Assembly (NCBI RefSeq): GCF_006345805.1
Contig: NW_021834311.1
Span: 1-59,560, forward strand
Reading direction: 5' to 3'
DNA length: 59,560 nt
From: Octopus sinensis
Lineage: Eukaryota
Shown here: positions 13,076 through 25,868 of the stretch, piece by piece
How the letters are laid out: every line of letters starts with the position of its first letter
How positions within the stretch are numbered: the first letter of the stretch is position 1
Notes under the pieces: generated by a model
Seen by the model: the letters and a program-made list of their open reading frames with translations, nothing else
Told to the model about the DNA's origin: nothing
The model's database searches: none
Position numbers and translations under genes: made by a program

Positions 13076-14298
13076 GTAAGTATATAAGCAATCGAATAAT
13101 AAAATTTCATTCATTAGAGCAAGAGTTAGCAACATTTTGGTTCACTCTTTCTTTGAGTAGTAGAGGCATCTTAATGCATGTCTTTTATTTGTTCCAGTCA
13201 TTGGACTGCAGCCATGCTAAGGCACCACTTTCAAGGGTTCAGTCCAACAAATCCACCCGAGTACTTATTATTTTTAAGCCTTTTACTTATTCTATTGGTT
13301 TCTTTTGCTAAACTGCTAAGTTCTGTGGATGTGAACAAACCAACACAATTGTCAAGTGGTGATGGGGATCAAACGCAAAGGCACACACACTCCCTTATAT
13401 ATATACCAAATCCATTCACAAGATTTTGGTCCGCCCAGGATTATAGCAGAATACACTCGCCCAATGTGCCTCATCATATGACGAAACCCAGACCCATTTG
13501 TTTGGAAATTAAACTTCTTACCTCACAGCCACACCTAAAAACCTTTCAAAATATTAAAATTCCATTGCATATACGATAAACTTCTTACAGATATTCATAT
13601 TTAACTCTGATATTTTACCTTTTTATCAATCCTTACCCTCAATAATGCAGTTCATAAAAATTTACTTTGTTGGCTTTATTTGTACAAAAAAATCCAAATA
13701 ATTAAGTAATAATGAATTCAGTAGATATTTGCCAAGGCATGAGACACAATGAATGGGAATAAATTTGCAATAGTAAATGTGATTAACTGTTCTCCTCCAG
13801 TATCCAAAATCACTCCTGTTTATTTATAACTCTAGCAAGAAATTTATCTTAGAAAAACCCTTGTTGCTCTAAACATATTTGTGAATAGCTTCCCTTAATG
13901 TTAATATCACAATTAAATATTGAAGTGATAGAAATAGTACACACTGTACTAAATATTGACAATTAAATTTAGTGTTAGTACATTTTGAGATTATATCCCA
14001 GAGAAGTACACTTTGTACAATCAGCCTCTCAATAAGTTCTACTTTTACATAATCATTAGCATTTTGCTCATAGAATAAAATTTTGGGTGCCACTTTACTG
14101 AGGAAGCCTCTTTCAGAAGTCTAATTTTGAAATGGCATATTAACCAAAATTACTCTTTGTTTACTCTTGTTCATACCAAATAGATTTATTAGACAATACT
14201 TTTCTTTTATACAATATGTAAATGAGAGGATGAAGAACATATTCAGTACATGGACTTCGCCTGGATTTAAGTATTTTTTGTTTTAAAATACATGTGTT

Positions 14299-14341
<43 letters not shown>

Positions 14342-14342
14342 G

Positions 14343-14691
14343 AATGGAGTTAAACGCAGGTGTTATTCAAATTCTTTTACTTCCGACATGTTTCAAAGAT
14401 ATCACTGGTATTATTCCAAAGGAATTACCCCTCCTCTTTCTATAGGCTACCTTTGACGCTGTATCCTCTAACGTTTTTTTAAAAACAAACTTAATAGCGT
14501 TCAGTCAATCACTATACATATCCATCATTTTCTGTTAAAACATCTTAATGACGAGTTTCATTTCTTCATTTCCCTGAAGAGAAGATTACGTTGTTTTACA
14601 CCATTTTATTCCTTTGGATAATACCAGTGATATCTTCGAAACATGTGTTGGAAGTAAAAGAATTTGCATAACACCTGCGTTTAACTCCATT
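14343..14691. mobile_element. Short element with ~80-bp inverted arms containing a hammerhead motif
   Basis: 14343-14423 is inverted at 14610-14691. + strand: AUUUCC-CUGAAGA-GAAGAU...AUCUUC-GAAAC-AUGU-GUU-GGAAGU at 14568-14655. Confidence 0.65.
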
Positions 14692-14999
14692 TATTTATTT
14701 ATATATATTATACAAAATATTTCACATAAACCTGGTGTTTCTACCTTTGAAAATAAGGAGTTACAACCTTTTTACTTGTATGATTTCTTGCTACCCCGGT
14801 AAATATTTGTCTATTTTTTTCTGTGTTAATTGTTTCGAAATTGAACCAATCCTATGACTGGCACCTGGCAGTTGCCAGTGCTGCTGGACTGACTCATGTG
14901 CAGGTGGCAAGTAAAGAAACACCGTTCCAACCTTGTGTTTCAGGAGACCTATTGAGTGAAGTACATCAACATCAAAAATCAATGGAAATTGCAGTTGTG

Positions 15000-15310
15000 A
15001 TCCCTCTGCCAGTGGCACGTAAAAAGCACCATCCGAACGTGGCTGAATCCAGCGCTGCCTTGACTGGCTTCCATGCCAGTGGAACGTGAAAAGCACCAAC
15101 TGATCGTGGCCATTGCCAGCCTTGCCTGGCACCTGTGCCGGTGGCACGTAAAAAGCACCCACTACACTCACGGAGTGGTTGGTGTTAGGAAGGGCATCCA
15201 GCTGTAGAAACACTGCCAGATCAGACTGGAGCCTGGTGCAGCCTCCTGGCTTCCCAGACCCTGGTCGAACCATCCAACACATGCTAGCATCGTTAAATGA
15301 TGATGATGTA
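15000..15310 (+). mobile_element. SINE copy, same family as 1221-1950
   Basis: GTGGCACGTAAAAAGCACC repeats, GGAAGGGCATCCAGCTGTAGAAAC core, (GAT)n tail. Confidence 0.8.
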
Positions 15311-15519
15311 TGTATGTATGCGTTTGTTTCCCATTAGTTGTTACAGTTGTACTTTATGAAGCCATTGATTTCTACACACAGGAATCAATATGGGTTGCTT
15401 ATTTCAGTATTATATATACCTGTTATGTATTTGTGTACGTCACCAATATATATATGTACATTTATGCATCCATGTGTGTGTGTTTGCAAAGGGGGTGTCT
15501 GTCTCCAAAACTCTAAGTT

Positions 15520-16050
15520 TGAGTAATGTTTGCATGATTTGATTTGGAAACTACAATAAGAATAATCAATCCAATAGACTTTCTAAATTCAGCAGAGTTT
15601 ATTTCTATTCACTTATCTTTATAGACCCAAGTTCCTTCAGCATTTGTCCATATTTGGATTTCCAGATTTGGCTTCATGAATAATATAAATGATGAAAGAG
15701 CTGAATCATAAAATCTACTTGCAAAATGGGAAGGTCCAAGCTGTTCATGTAAACATTGTAGGATGGAGTTCTTCTTGTGCCCTTTCAATAGTGTTCTTCC
15801 TGAGTCCTTTCAGTTTCAGACTTATCCTTCAAATAATGTTCTACATGCATCATCGAAGGATTTGAAGAATCATTTTGTTCTCATCATATCCAATTCTGAA
15901 CAGGCAATATTGGCAGGATCACTTTCATTATCATCTTCAGGAAAAGAAGATTCATCACAAATAATTTTTTCCCATTCTTTATGGAAGCTGGATAACAATT
16001 GTGAAATCTCTTCAAGGCTTAGCTTTTGATTCTTTGATATTTCGTGGAAG
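15520..16050 (-). mobile_element. piggyBac transposase remnant (N-terminal region)
   Basis: Minus-strand pieces YDSALSSFILFMKPNL..IWTNAEG and EINSAEFRKSIGLIILIVVSKSN resemble PGBD-type sequences; multiple stops. Confidence 0.5.
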
Positions 16051-16559
16051 GATTACAAAGGACAAATGAATAGTTGGCAGGCTGTCAATGTTTTATACTT
16101 GTTGAATTATGATGCAATGTTTCATCATTCCTTCAAAGATGATGCAATACTAATTGTTTGTTTCATAAAAATGATGCACTAAATAGTAGTATTGCATCAT
16201 CTTCAGATGTCTTAGTAAATGCAATTAGAGATCTTTGTCACCAGTATGGGATGAGGTTGTGCAAACTGATCTCAAAATGCTGAGCCTTACAGAAGAGATG
16301 ACAATGGATTGGGAGGGTCGGTGCCCTGCCATGCTCAAGAAGACCTGCCCATAGCAAGCAGAACACCTACCCAAAACCTGGTCACAGTATCTCAACGTGC
16401 TGTGTGCACTGAGGATACAACTTTTTTGTAACTCCGTAGTCCTGTATCATATTCTGTCGAGTTTTTGCTAGAAGACTATGAAAATCAATGTTTTTTTTCT
16501 ATTTGCTCAAAAAGGTTCACTCATGACTAACTTTGAAATTTTTATATTTGGTTGCTTTT

Positions 16560-17570
16560 GGGTGGGTTTCCAAAAACTAGGACCCTGATAGAATAATAAA
16601 CAATAAAGGAAAAAAAGATCCATAACTGTTAAAAGAATTATATTCTACATTCCAGACCAATAAAAAGAAGGTAAGTCATATAAAGTCAAATTAGTCAATA
16701 GTCAAGTTGCGGCAAGTCTAATAGAGAGAATGAAACTCAATGGCAGGTTAGCTTTGTTCTTGCATGTGGTGTGTAGTTCTTGCATGACCTTAATTGCTCA
16801 CTCATAGCATTAATTGCTTCTGCTAATCTTTAGTTTTGAGGGCTCTTGTTTCCAGTGATTTGTCAAGCATTTCAAAGAAGTCTTGTAGAGTAGTAAGGTT
16901 TGTGATAGCTCTGCATAATCTTCAGCTCTATACACTTGGTCACTGAACCAGTGGTCTGCCCAGTCATATGAGATGAACTGGCAGACCATCTGCAATCTCT
17001 CACATGTGACGTAAGTAAAAATATAAGAAGGGCTAGGATTGTTTGCAAATTCCATCTGGCATTACTGATGTTTGGAATTTTCTGAAACTTGATGAAAGGG
17101 ATGTCTCTCTTTCCATGGAAGAACTTGAAGGCATGGGTTAAGTGAAGCAGAAACTTCATATCATCTCTCCAACCTGCTTGATCTACTATGACGATTTCCA
17201 TTCTGGAAGGAGCCTTGGAGTTCTTCATAACTTGTCATGAGTTCTTTGACAAGAAAATATCCGATGTTGAGTGAATTGCTTGCACTAGCTAGCTCTTCAT
17301 CCATAAAAATATGCAGGATTCTGTCCAAGACACGGTGTTGGTTGCTCATGAATTGTGGCTCATCATAGCATTTGCTCAAGAAATTCTCTGCAGTCTAACC
17401 ACTACCCAACTCTTTCATCCGGTATTCACACTCGTCGTATCAGCAATAATCATTAAGATTTCACCCTAAAAGTGAAATTCATCCAAGATGCTTTTCAATC
17501 CCTCTGCAATGGTCTCGACCTTGTCACCACACAGCTTCAGAGCAGCCAGCTTAATTTCACTTGTTTTGTC
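16560..17570 (-). mobile_element. Decayed DDE-type DNA transposase of unassigned superfamily
   Basis: Fragments IIADTTSVNTG, QHRVLDRILHIFMD and GWRDDMKFLLHL...FQKIPNISNARWN; stops and frameshifts throughout. Confidence 0.45.
16656..16670 (+). other. Candidate 15-nt microexon (would add DQ-stop in the host gene frame)
   Basis: TATTCTACATTCCAG|ACCAATAAAAAGAAG|GTAAGTC: consensus acceptor and donor. Confidence 0.35.
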
Positions 17571-17751
17571 TTGATGATTACCACTTGATATTCATTTCCG
17601 TCAATATGTTTACCATCAAAATGCAGGTCCTTAACCCTGTATTTTTTGGCTTTGGTAATAATGTTCCATATTATCTTGGGAGGGGGTTGCTTACTCCTCC
17701 ATCTTTCAATGTCCATATCATATTGGATAGGAATGTTGATATATATATATA

Positions 17752-18200
17752 TGAGGTGGTATCAAAGGTTCTTGGACTAGTTATGTTTAAACTGTTCAGA
17801 GTACAGGCTGGCATTAGTGGTTTGGTATCTAGAGCAACTTGTGAATTGTCCCTTCATAATTCCACCAGATGCAGGGCATCACCTTGAGTTTGAAGCTATC
17901 CCTTGCTGAACAACTGCTTCTGCATGTTAGGATTGCAAAAAAATATCTCTCTAAGATTATTACTTTTTCTGTTTCATCGCTCACTTCTTACACTCACAAT
18001 GCTTCATCAATCAAGAGGTGGTAGAAGCATCTGTGAAGGTGTTCTTTGACTTGAAGGACAAGAACTGGTATCAGCGTGGTGTCGAAGAACTGGCAGGAAG
18101 GTGACTTCAAATAGTGAAACATGGTGGCTGCTACATAGAATGCTCTGTTGCTTTTGCTGTAACTTGATGGATAATGCAAGTAGATTACTAAAATTTTGCA
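17752..18200 (+). mobile_element. Internally deleted mariner remnant
   Basis: Starts TA|TGAGGTGGTATCAAAGGTTCTTGGAC; 3' part resembles a mariner C-terminus (EAFDLKDKNWYQRGVEELAGR). Confidence 0.5.
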
Positions 18201-18270
18201 AAAGGTTTAACTCTGCACAATAATATGGCCACTACCAGTAGCAATATATCAGCTCCTTAATGACCACTGT

Positions 18271-18530
18271 GGAGGTGCGTAGCTTAGTGGTTAAGGTGTC
18301 AGCACTGTGATCGTAAGATTGTGGTTTTGATTCCTGGACCAGGTTACATGTTGTGTTCTTGAGCAAAACACTTCATTTCACGTTGCTCCAGTCCACTCAG
18401 CTGGCAAAAATGAGTAACGCTGCAATGGACTGGTGTCCCATTCAGCTGGGAAACACACACACCATAGAAACCAGGAAACCGGGCCCATGAGCCTTTCTAG
18501 GCTTTAAAAGGGCTCATTTATTATTTATTA
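18271..18530 (+). mobile_element. tRNA-derived SINE, decayed
   Basis: Head GGAGGTGCGTAGCTTAGTGGTTAAGG...GATTCCTGGACC with A-box and B-box-like motifs. Confidence 0.65.
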
Positions 18531-19499
18531 TTAATGACCACTACTAACCAACAGCCATAATAGTCTGAACAATATAAGTAACCTCCATCTAAAATAAAAC
18601 TCAACCATAATTTAGTACCCTAGTATATTTTATATCTTGAAAAAAAAATGTTTTCTTTGTCTTAGCTCAAAAAACAATGCCTTGAGAGTAAACAGCATAA
18701 ACAATGCAATTAACAATAACAGTCTAATCCCACCACAATCAACAATACCCCGACTGTTATAACGAAAACCATCATCACCCCCTCCAATACCAATACACCT
18801 GACGTCACTACCAGTACCATTCATGATATTTGAATAACTAACTGACAGTAGCAGTCATAGAATCAGATTGATAGCGATTTCAGTACAATCAGCGTCTGCG
18901 TGATTAGAGTGTGATTAGACCCATGTCAATGGTGCAAGTGGTAACCTTTCAATTAATAACCATACAACATTTCCTCCATCTCTCTTCTTTCTCTTTTCAT
19001 CTCATTTCCTTTCTTACATCCATAGGAATAAGACAAATTTGTGCTCTCATGAAAAAGTTATTTCTCAGTGCTGTTTTTTTTTACTAAATGTTTGCGGTTG
19101 ATTGCTGCCACTGCTGGATTTTCCTACTATTCAAAATGTCTGAAAAGAATTCATAAATTGGAGCTGAAGGTAGTTGTGCAAAAAGTAACTGAAAAGGATT
19201 ACACTGGATTAGGTTTTTACAGGAGGAAAAAAAATTAAGCGCATTACCAAAATATTGGTTTCAAATTTTGACACAAGGCCAGCAATTTCAGGGGAGTGGT
19301 TAAGTTGATTACATCAACACCAATGCTCAAATGGTACTTATTTTAGCGATCCTGAAAGAACAAAAGGCATAGTGGACCTCAGAGGAATTTGAACTCAGAT
19401 GGTAAAAATAGACAAAATGCTACTAAGCATTTTGCCTGGTGTACTAACAATTGTGCCAGCTTGCCACCTTACATTACCAAAATATTAAGATGTGTAACG

Positions 19500-20090
19500 T
19501 TTTCAATGAGAACAATGTGACAATAGCATGAAAATTAAGTCAAGTGCTAAAAATGTTACTTGGTTAATATCTTGTATCGTATTTTTTCATAGGTCTAATG
19601 TATGCTTAAAATGGATCAGCTCTCTAGTCATAAGCATGATGATAATTAAAAAAAGCCAAAAGTTTGTATGAGGATTTGAGGAAAATGGAGAGCAAACTTG
19701 TAATAAAAAGCATTTTATGTTCAGTAAAGACTGGTTTGAAAAGTTTATAAAGTGTTTGAATTTTCATAGCATAAAATGATTGGTGAAGCTGCAAGTGTTG
19801 ATGTGAGGCTGATGTGAGGTTGGAGAAAAATTTCTGCTAAAGGGGGCTACACATCAGTGAAAATATGCAATGTTGATGAAACTACACTTTTTTGGAAACA
19901 CATGCCTGTTAGAACTTTTCAGAAAGAAAGATCAATACCAAGATTTTAAGCTTTCAAAAATCACCTTTGAGTTCTTCAAGGATCAAGGTGTGGTAAATAA
20001 CTTCAAGGTATGTTATCTGAGAACTTTCAAACGACACTCATGAAAGCAACTGACAGTGGGGAAAAGCTACAGTTAGTGACTTCAGGCTCA
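19500..20090 (+). mobile_element. Tigger/pogo transposase remnant
   Basis: KAKSLYEDL, KDWFEKF, GEAASVD, CNVDETTLFWKHMPVRTF fragments. Confidence 0.7.
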
Positions 20091-20419
20091 TGGGCATGTT
20101 CGCCCTTGCACCTCTGACATGATTCATAAAATGTTCACACTCTTCTTTCTCCCACTCCCTTTCTCTCTCCCCCTCCCTCTCATACACACATGGTTCTGTT
20201 GACATAGAATGTATGTAGCTACAGATATTATTACAATGCTGGCACTTATTTTTGTCAGTTGGTTATTCAAAAGTTGATAGGTAGCTGGTGTTGATTGTAT
20301 TGATAGTTGAGTATTGTTGATGGTGGTGATATTGCTTTTATTAAATGTATTATTGCTTAACCTCAAAATAATTCTTGGTAACCTAAGATCAAGACATTTC
20401 ATTCAACATTCAAAATACT

Positions 20420-20835
20420 CTCTTTACTCTTTTACTCTTTTACTTGTTTCAGTCATTTGACTGCGGCCATGCTGGAGCACCGCCTTTAGTCGAGCAAATC
20501 GACCCCGGGACTTATTCTTTGTAAGCCCAGTACTTATTCTATCGGTCTCTATTGCCGAAACGCTAAGTGACGGGGACGTAAACACACCAGCATCAGTTGT
20601 CAAGCAATGCTAGGGGGACAAACAGAGACACACAAACATATACACACACACTTATATATATATACATATATACGACAGGCTTCTTTCAGTTTCCGTCTAC
20701 CAATCCACTCACAAGGCATTGGTCGACCCGGGGCTATAGCAGAAGACACTTGCCCAAGATGCCACGCAGTGGGACTGAACCCGGAACCATGTGGTTGGTT
20801 AGCAAGCTACTTACCACACAGCCACTCCTGCGCCT
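20420..20835 (-). mobile_element. tRNA-derived SINE (third family)
   Basis: Minus-strand head AGGCGCAGGAGTGGCTGTGTGGTAAG...GGGTTCAGTCCCACTG and (GAGTAAAA)n tail. Decayed copies near 13150-13400, 22600-22740 and 39500-39790. Confidence 0.8.
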
Positions 20836-21032
20836 ATCTCATTATCTCATATGATTGTTTTTTGTTTCAGATGGAATTATTTGTCTCGTCCATGCTACTG
20901 TTGCTGTTGACAGTGGTCATTGAAGAGCTGGTGCGTTGGCATTGTCCGTGCTTTTATTGGTTTTGGTGTTGAAGCTGGTTATGTTTGTGCTGATGGTGAT
21001 GAAACTCCTTATATATATATATATATATATAA

Positions 21033-22142
21033 ACATTATTGGTGAATTGAAGAAATGGAGCTGAACGCAGATTGAACAGAAATCGTTTTATTTCATTCTA
21101 CATGTGTTTCGAAAGGCACAAATTACCAAAATCCGATTGAATAATGGGACCATATTGTGTCTTTCTCTTCAGGAAGAAAAAAGGAAATCCGTTGGAAAAA
21201 CAAAAACAGAACAGAGGCGGAGCAAAAAACAAATCGAACTGTGCTCCTAAGAGCCCATGGCGAAACTGTTTATCAGTGTATGTTGAGAACCGGTGGCTGA
21301 AGAATTCAACGGGTCAGGCATCGGTCAATCATGTGGGTGAGGGTGTATAGATGTTCTTTGTGACCGAGAATAAAGTTCTGACTATTTAAGGAATATTGGA
21401 TGTTTTATAAGGGGCGAGAAAAAATCTACTTAGAGACGTGTGTGTGTGTATACTGTTCTATATATGTGTGTGTTGGCGTAGGGGTAGAAAACATTTTTTG
21501 TGTACGTGTGTGCGTTTGATCGTTCGGCTGTCAGTGGCTACTGCCGTGAGAACCGTTGGGTGGCAGAAAGAAAAAAGATATATATATATTATGTTTTATG
21601 TGTGTGTGTGTTCATCTAAGCCTGCCTTGTCAAGGAAACCCCCCGCTGTGAAAAAACCAAGCCCCGTTTGTCTTACAGGAGTAATTCCCCTTGCAGTGGT
21701 TAATCGTAGATATCTTAAAGGCTATTTCAGAATTTGTTACCAAGGGCTATGGGTGCCGGTATTATTTATAAACGCTATTTAAAAGCCAGTTTTCTCAACC
21801 GGCGTCATTCCGGCATCATCGTACAATGTCGTTCTGCGTCGTCTTCGATTGCAGTGCATCAGCACTCACTTTTTCTCGGTGCTTCCAGAAATTTGGTAAT
21901 TTGTGCCTTTCGAAACACGTGTAGAATGAAATAAAACGATTTCTGTTCAATCTGCGTTCAGCTCCATTTCTTCAATTCACCAATAATGTTTTAATTTCAA
22001 TTATCCGCACCAACGCACGGTTGCAACGCCAGATGGTTGTACCTCCAACCGTGCTGTTTACTGCTGTGATTTTTGCTACTAAGGTATCGGTTAAACTTTT
22101 GATTAATCTACTACAAGATTATTCATCTTTCTATTTCACATA
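21033..22142. mobile_element. Second copy of the 7983 fold-back family with a ~620-bp internal segment and a shorter right arm
   Basis: 21033-21270 matches 7983-8220; 21892-22142 matches 8350-8602; flanked by (TA)n; minus-strand hammerhead at 21091-21180 with loop ACAU. Confidence 0.8.
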
Positions 22143-22935
22143 ATATATATATATATATATATATATATGCATATAAATTGAGGTAGGTAGGCAAGTGTCC
22201 ATTGTGACCCAAGGAAATACACACACACACACAAACATTCAGTTTAAAATTCTACTTCACATCTTCAAGTATTGATAGCAACACATACACAACCACTTGA
22301 ATATACACACTCACATATATATTCTAGATTTGCATGTATTATAGATTTTCAGATTGTTATCTCTTTTGCATTGAGACAAATTGTCAAGATAGAGCCTTTT
22401 GGGTAAAAAGGAAGTCTAATTTTTGGATACTTAAAATTTACCTGAGCTTTCAAAAGAGCAAAATTACACTCAGTTCTGAAATTAGTGGTTATGCTTTACT
22501 GCACATATGAAATATTATAACTTGAGTAAGTGCTATTGTGGGTTGTACCTCCCTATATATATTCATACATATATTCTTTTATATATATAGCTACTGGCAT
22601 GGTTGTGTGGTTAATAATGGTGTTTCCTAAATTTATGGGTTTTAGTCCTCTCCCACTGCATGGCATTTTGGGCAAGTGACTCCCATTATAACCTTGGGTC
22701 AAACAAAGCCAAGTCTTTCAAGTGAATTTAGTGTGGACATATGTTTTTTTTATAATTAAGCCCTTAAATACCAAGGATATATTATATGACGTTTATACAT
22801 CAACTCTGTACAAAGATGTATACACATCTATGAACTGTGCAGCACTTTGCATATGTATCTTCCATTGTAATCCTGGATCAACCGATAATTAGTGAATAAA
22901 TTTGATTGACGAAAACTGGCTGGAATCCTATTGCA

Positions 22936-22966
<31 letters not shown>

Positions 22967-23174
22967 TGTGTTGTCTGTGTGTGTGTGTGTGTGTCTGTGT
23001 GTGTGTGTTCATGTTTATGTTTGTCCGTCCTCACACTGCTTGATCACCAGAGTTGGTTTGCCTACATTCTCAGTTTGGTAAAAAAAGATTGCTAGAACAA
23101 GTATCTGAATTGACCCCTCAAAATGGTGCCTTATCATGGCTCCAGTTCAATGACTGTGACAAGTAAAAAGTTTT

Positions 23175-23256
<82 letters not shown>

Positions 23257-23273
23257 TATATATAATATGTATG

Positions 23274-23403
<130 letters not shown>

Positions 23404-23408
23404 GTATA

Positions 23409-23441
<33 letters not shown>

Positions 23442-23444
<3 letters not shown>

Positions 23445-25631
23445 TCTTGGCAGATCTTTGTAGACACCGTCACAGACATATGTGCAAAACACTCCCCACC
23501 AAGACCTGTGAACAAAAAGTGCAGAATCCCCCAAAACAGAAAAACCATTATCAGAAAAATAAAAAGAACAAACAAAAAAATTAACAAACTAAAGTACTGC
23601 CAACAGCAACACACACATTTGACGGCTATCGCACTGCTTGAATCCAAAAAATATAACCTCCAACAATGCATGAAGACCCTCATCAATAACCAAAGATCAG
23701 CTGAGAAGAAGTGGGCCATTGAAAAAAATCAAACTCAACCCCAAAGTGTTCTTTTCATTTGCGAGGAAACGCAGGGTCACTGTCTCCACTGTAGGCCCTC
23801 TAATTGACGAAACTGTCACTCTCCAAGATAATGCCAAATCCATGGCCGAGATACTGCAGAAACAATACTGCTCTGTTTTCAGCAATCCTGATATGGCCGA
23901 TCTGGGCTGTATCAGTGATGTCAACCCCCAACACACTATATCGGACATAACGTTTAGTGCCCCTGATGTCTTAGCGGCGATAAACGAAATAAAACACAAT
24001 TCAGCAGTAGGCCCCGATAGGTTCCCTGCTTGTGTCCTGAAGGTGTGTCGACACCAACTTGCATCTCCCCTTGCTAATCTGTGGAGAAACTCACTGGATG
24101 CTGGCTATATTCAAAAAAACCTTCTGTCCCAGTCTGTTGTCCCAGTTTTCAAAAAGGGAAACAAGTCCCTTGCAGTGAATTACCGTCCGATCTCACTCAC
24201 CTCTCATATCATCAAGGTATTTGAGAGGGTGGTGAGATCTCGAATAACCCAATTCTGGAAAGCAACAGACGGCTGATCTCCAACCAACATGGGTTCCGTA
24301 ATGGAAGGGACTGCCTAACGCAGCTCCTGCATCTCTTTGAGGACATTTTGAGAGCTTTGGGAGAGGGCTCCAACACCGATGTCATCTACCTTGATTTCAG
24401 TAAGGCCTTCGACAGGGTCGATCACAAGATCCTATTGAAAAAACTATCCAACATTGGTGTCTCTGGAAAGTTACTGAAATGGATTAAGTGTTTCCTGACA
24501 GACAGATCTCAACATGTTGTAGTTGAAGGGGTAAAATCAAGCCCAGCCAAAGTCAGTAGTGGCGTTCCGCAAGGCACAGTGCTGGGCCCACTTCTTTTCA
24601 TCATTTACATTAATGACATTAATGACATCATCAAGCACAGCAACATAAAATACTTTGCAGATGACTCTAAGCTACAGAAGGTCATAAATGAGGCGAGTGA
24701 CCGGACATGCCTTCAGTCAGATCTACTGGCTGTTATCCAAAGGGCAGAAAAAAACAATATGCTGCTGAACGAGGATAAATTTGAGCTAATCCACTTTGGA
24801 AAAGAGGATGCCCCAAACTCCCATACTCCCTTCCTTCAGGTGAAACTCTCGCGGCGTCCAACAACATCAGAGACTTGGGAGTAATTGTGGACAACAACGT
24901 AAGCTGGGCCACTCATATAAACACCAAAGTTGACATGGCCCGCAGAATGTGTTCCTGGATTCTCAGAACTTTCCAGTCGAGAGATATCCACACCATTATC
25001 CTTCTCTTCTCCACTTTTGCCCGACCCCACCTTGAATACTGTTGTCCACTGTGGTCTCCCCACACAATACAAGGTATCATAAAAGTCGAAGCACCTCAAA
25101 GGGCAATCACAAAAAAGATAGATGGCATGACAGGCCTCGACTATTGGGGTCGACTAGAAAAGCTAAAACTCTATTCTCTCCAACGTCGTCGTGAGCGCTA
25201 CATCATCTGCATGATGTGGAAAATATTCCATCAGCATTGCCCAAATGATGTTGGCATCACCTTTAAGGTACATCCAAGGCTTGGCCCCGTGCCATCCGCC
25301 CAAAACAAAAATCGCACTCTCATCTCATAACAACAATACGGCACAATTATTTCACCTCAATTGGCCCCGCTCTCTTTAACATTACACCAAAACACATTAA
25401 AACAGAAACTGACCCTATAGTGTTCAAGAAGTCTTTGGACAGATTCCTTCAAGAAATCCCGGATAAACCCCCTACACCCGGATATGTCTCTGTAAACAAT
25501 AACTCTCTACTTGAGTGGGCCATAGTGCCCAAATTCTGACTTGAAAGACTTCACCAGGTGGTGCTATTAAGTTAGACATGGCCTGGGCCAATAATGGCCG
25601 AAACCTATCAAAGTATCAAAGTATCAAAGTA
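23442..25631 (+). mobile_element. 5'-truncated CR1/L2-group LINE (reverse transcriptase) with an (AAAGTATC)n tail
   Basis: RT motifs GPDRFP, NYRPISLTSHIIKVFE, YLDFSKAFDRVDH, SGVPQGTVLGPLLF, FADD, RPHLEYC. The frame ends at TGA 25537-25539 and is broken by single-base frameshifts. Confidence 0.9.
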
Positions 25632-25651
25632 TATATACATATGTAAATATA

Positions 25652-25759
<108 letters not shown>

Positions 25760-25821
25760 ATACAAGCCAGGAATTAACAAGTTTAAAATTAATATTTTAT
25801 ATCGTTTTCTCGTGTTTCCAG

Positions 25822-25868
25822 GATTTGGTAATGAAATCGAGGATAGAACAGCAGAAACAAATTTCTAA
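25822..25868 (+). CDS. Probable last coding exon of the host gene (GFGNEIEDRTAETNF-stop)
   Basis: Acceptor TTTTCTCGTGTTTCCAG; the phase-1 frame continues the 13075 exon and ends at TAA 25866-25868. Confidence 0.5.

Noticed and set aside
14229-14270. Possible exon DEEHIQYMDFAWI with a Tyr motif
   Set aside because: No pyrimidine tract before the AG and an in-frame stop before any good donor.
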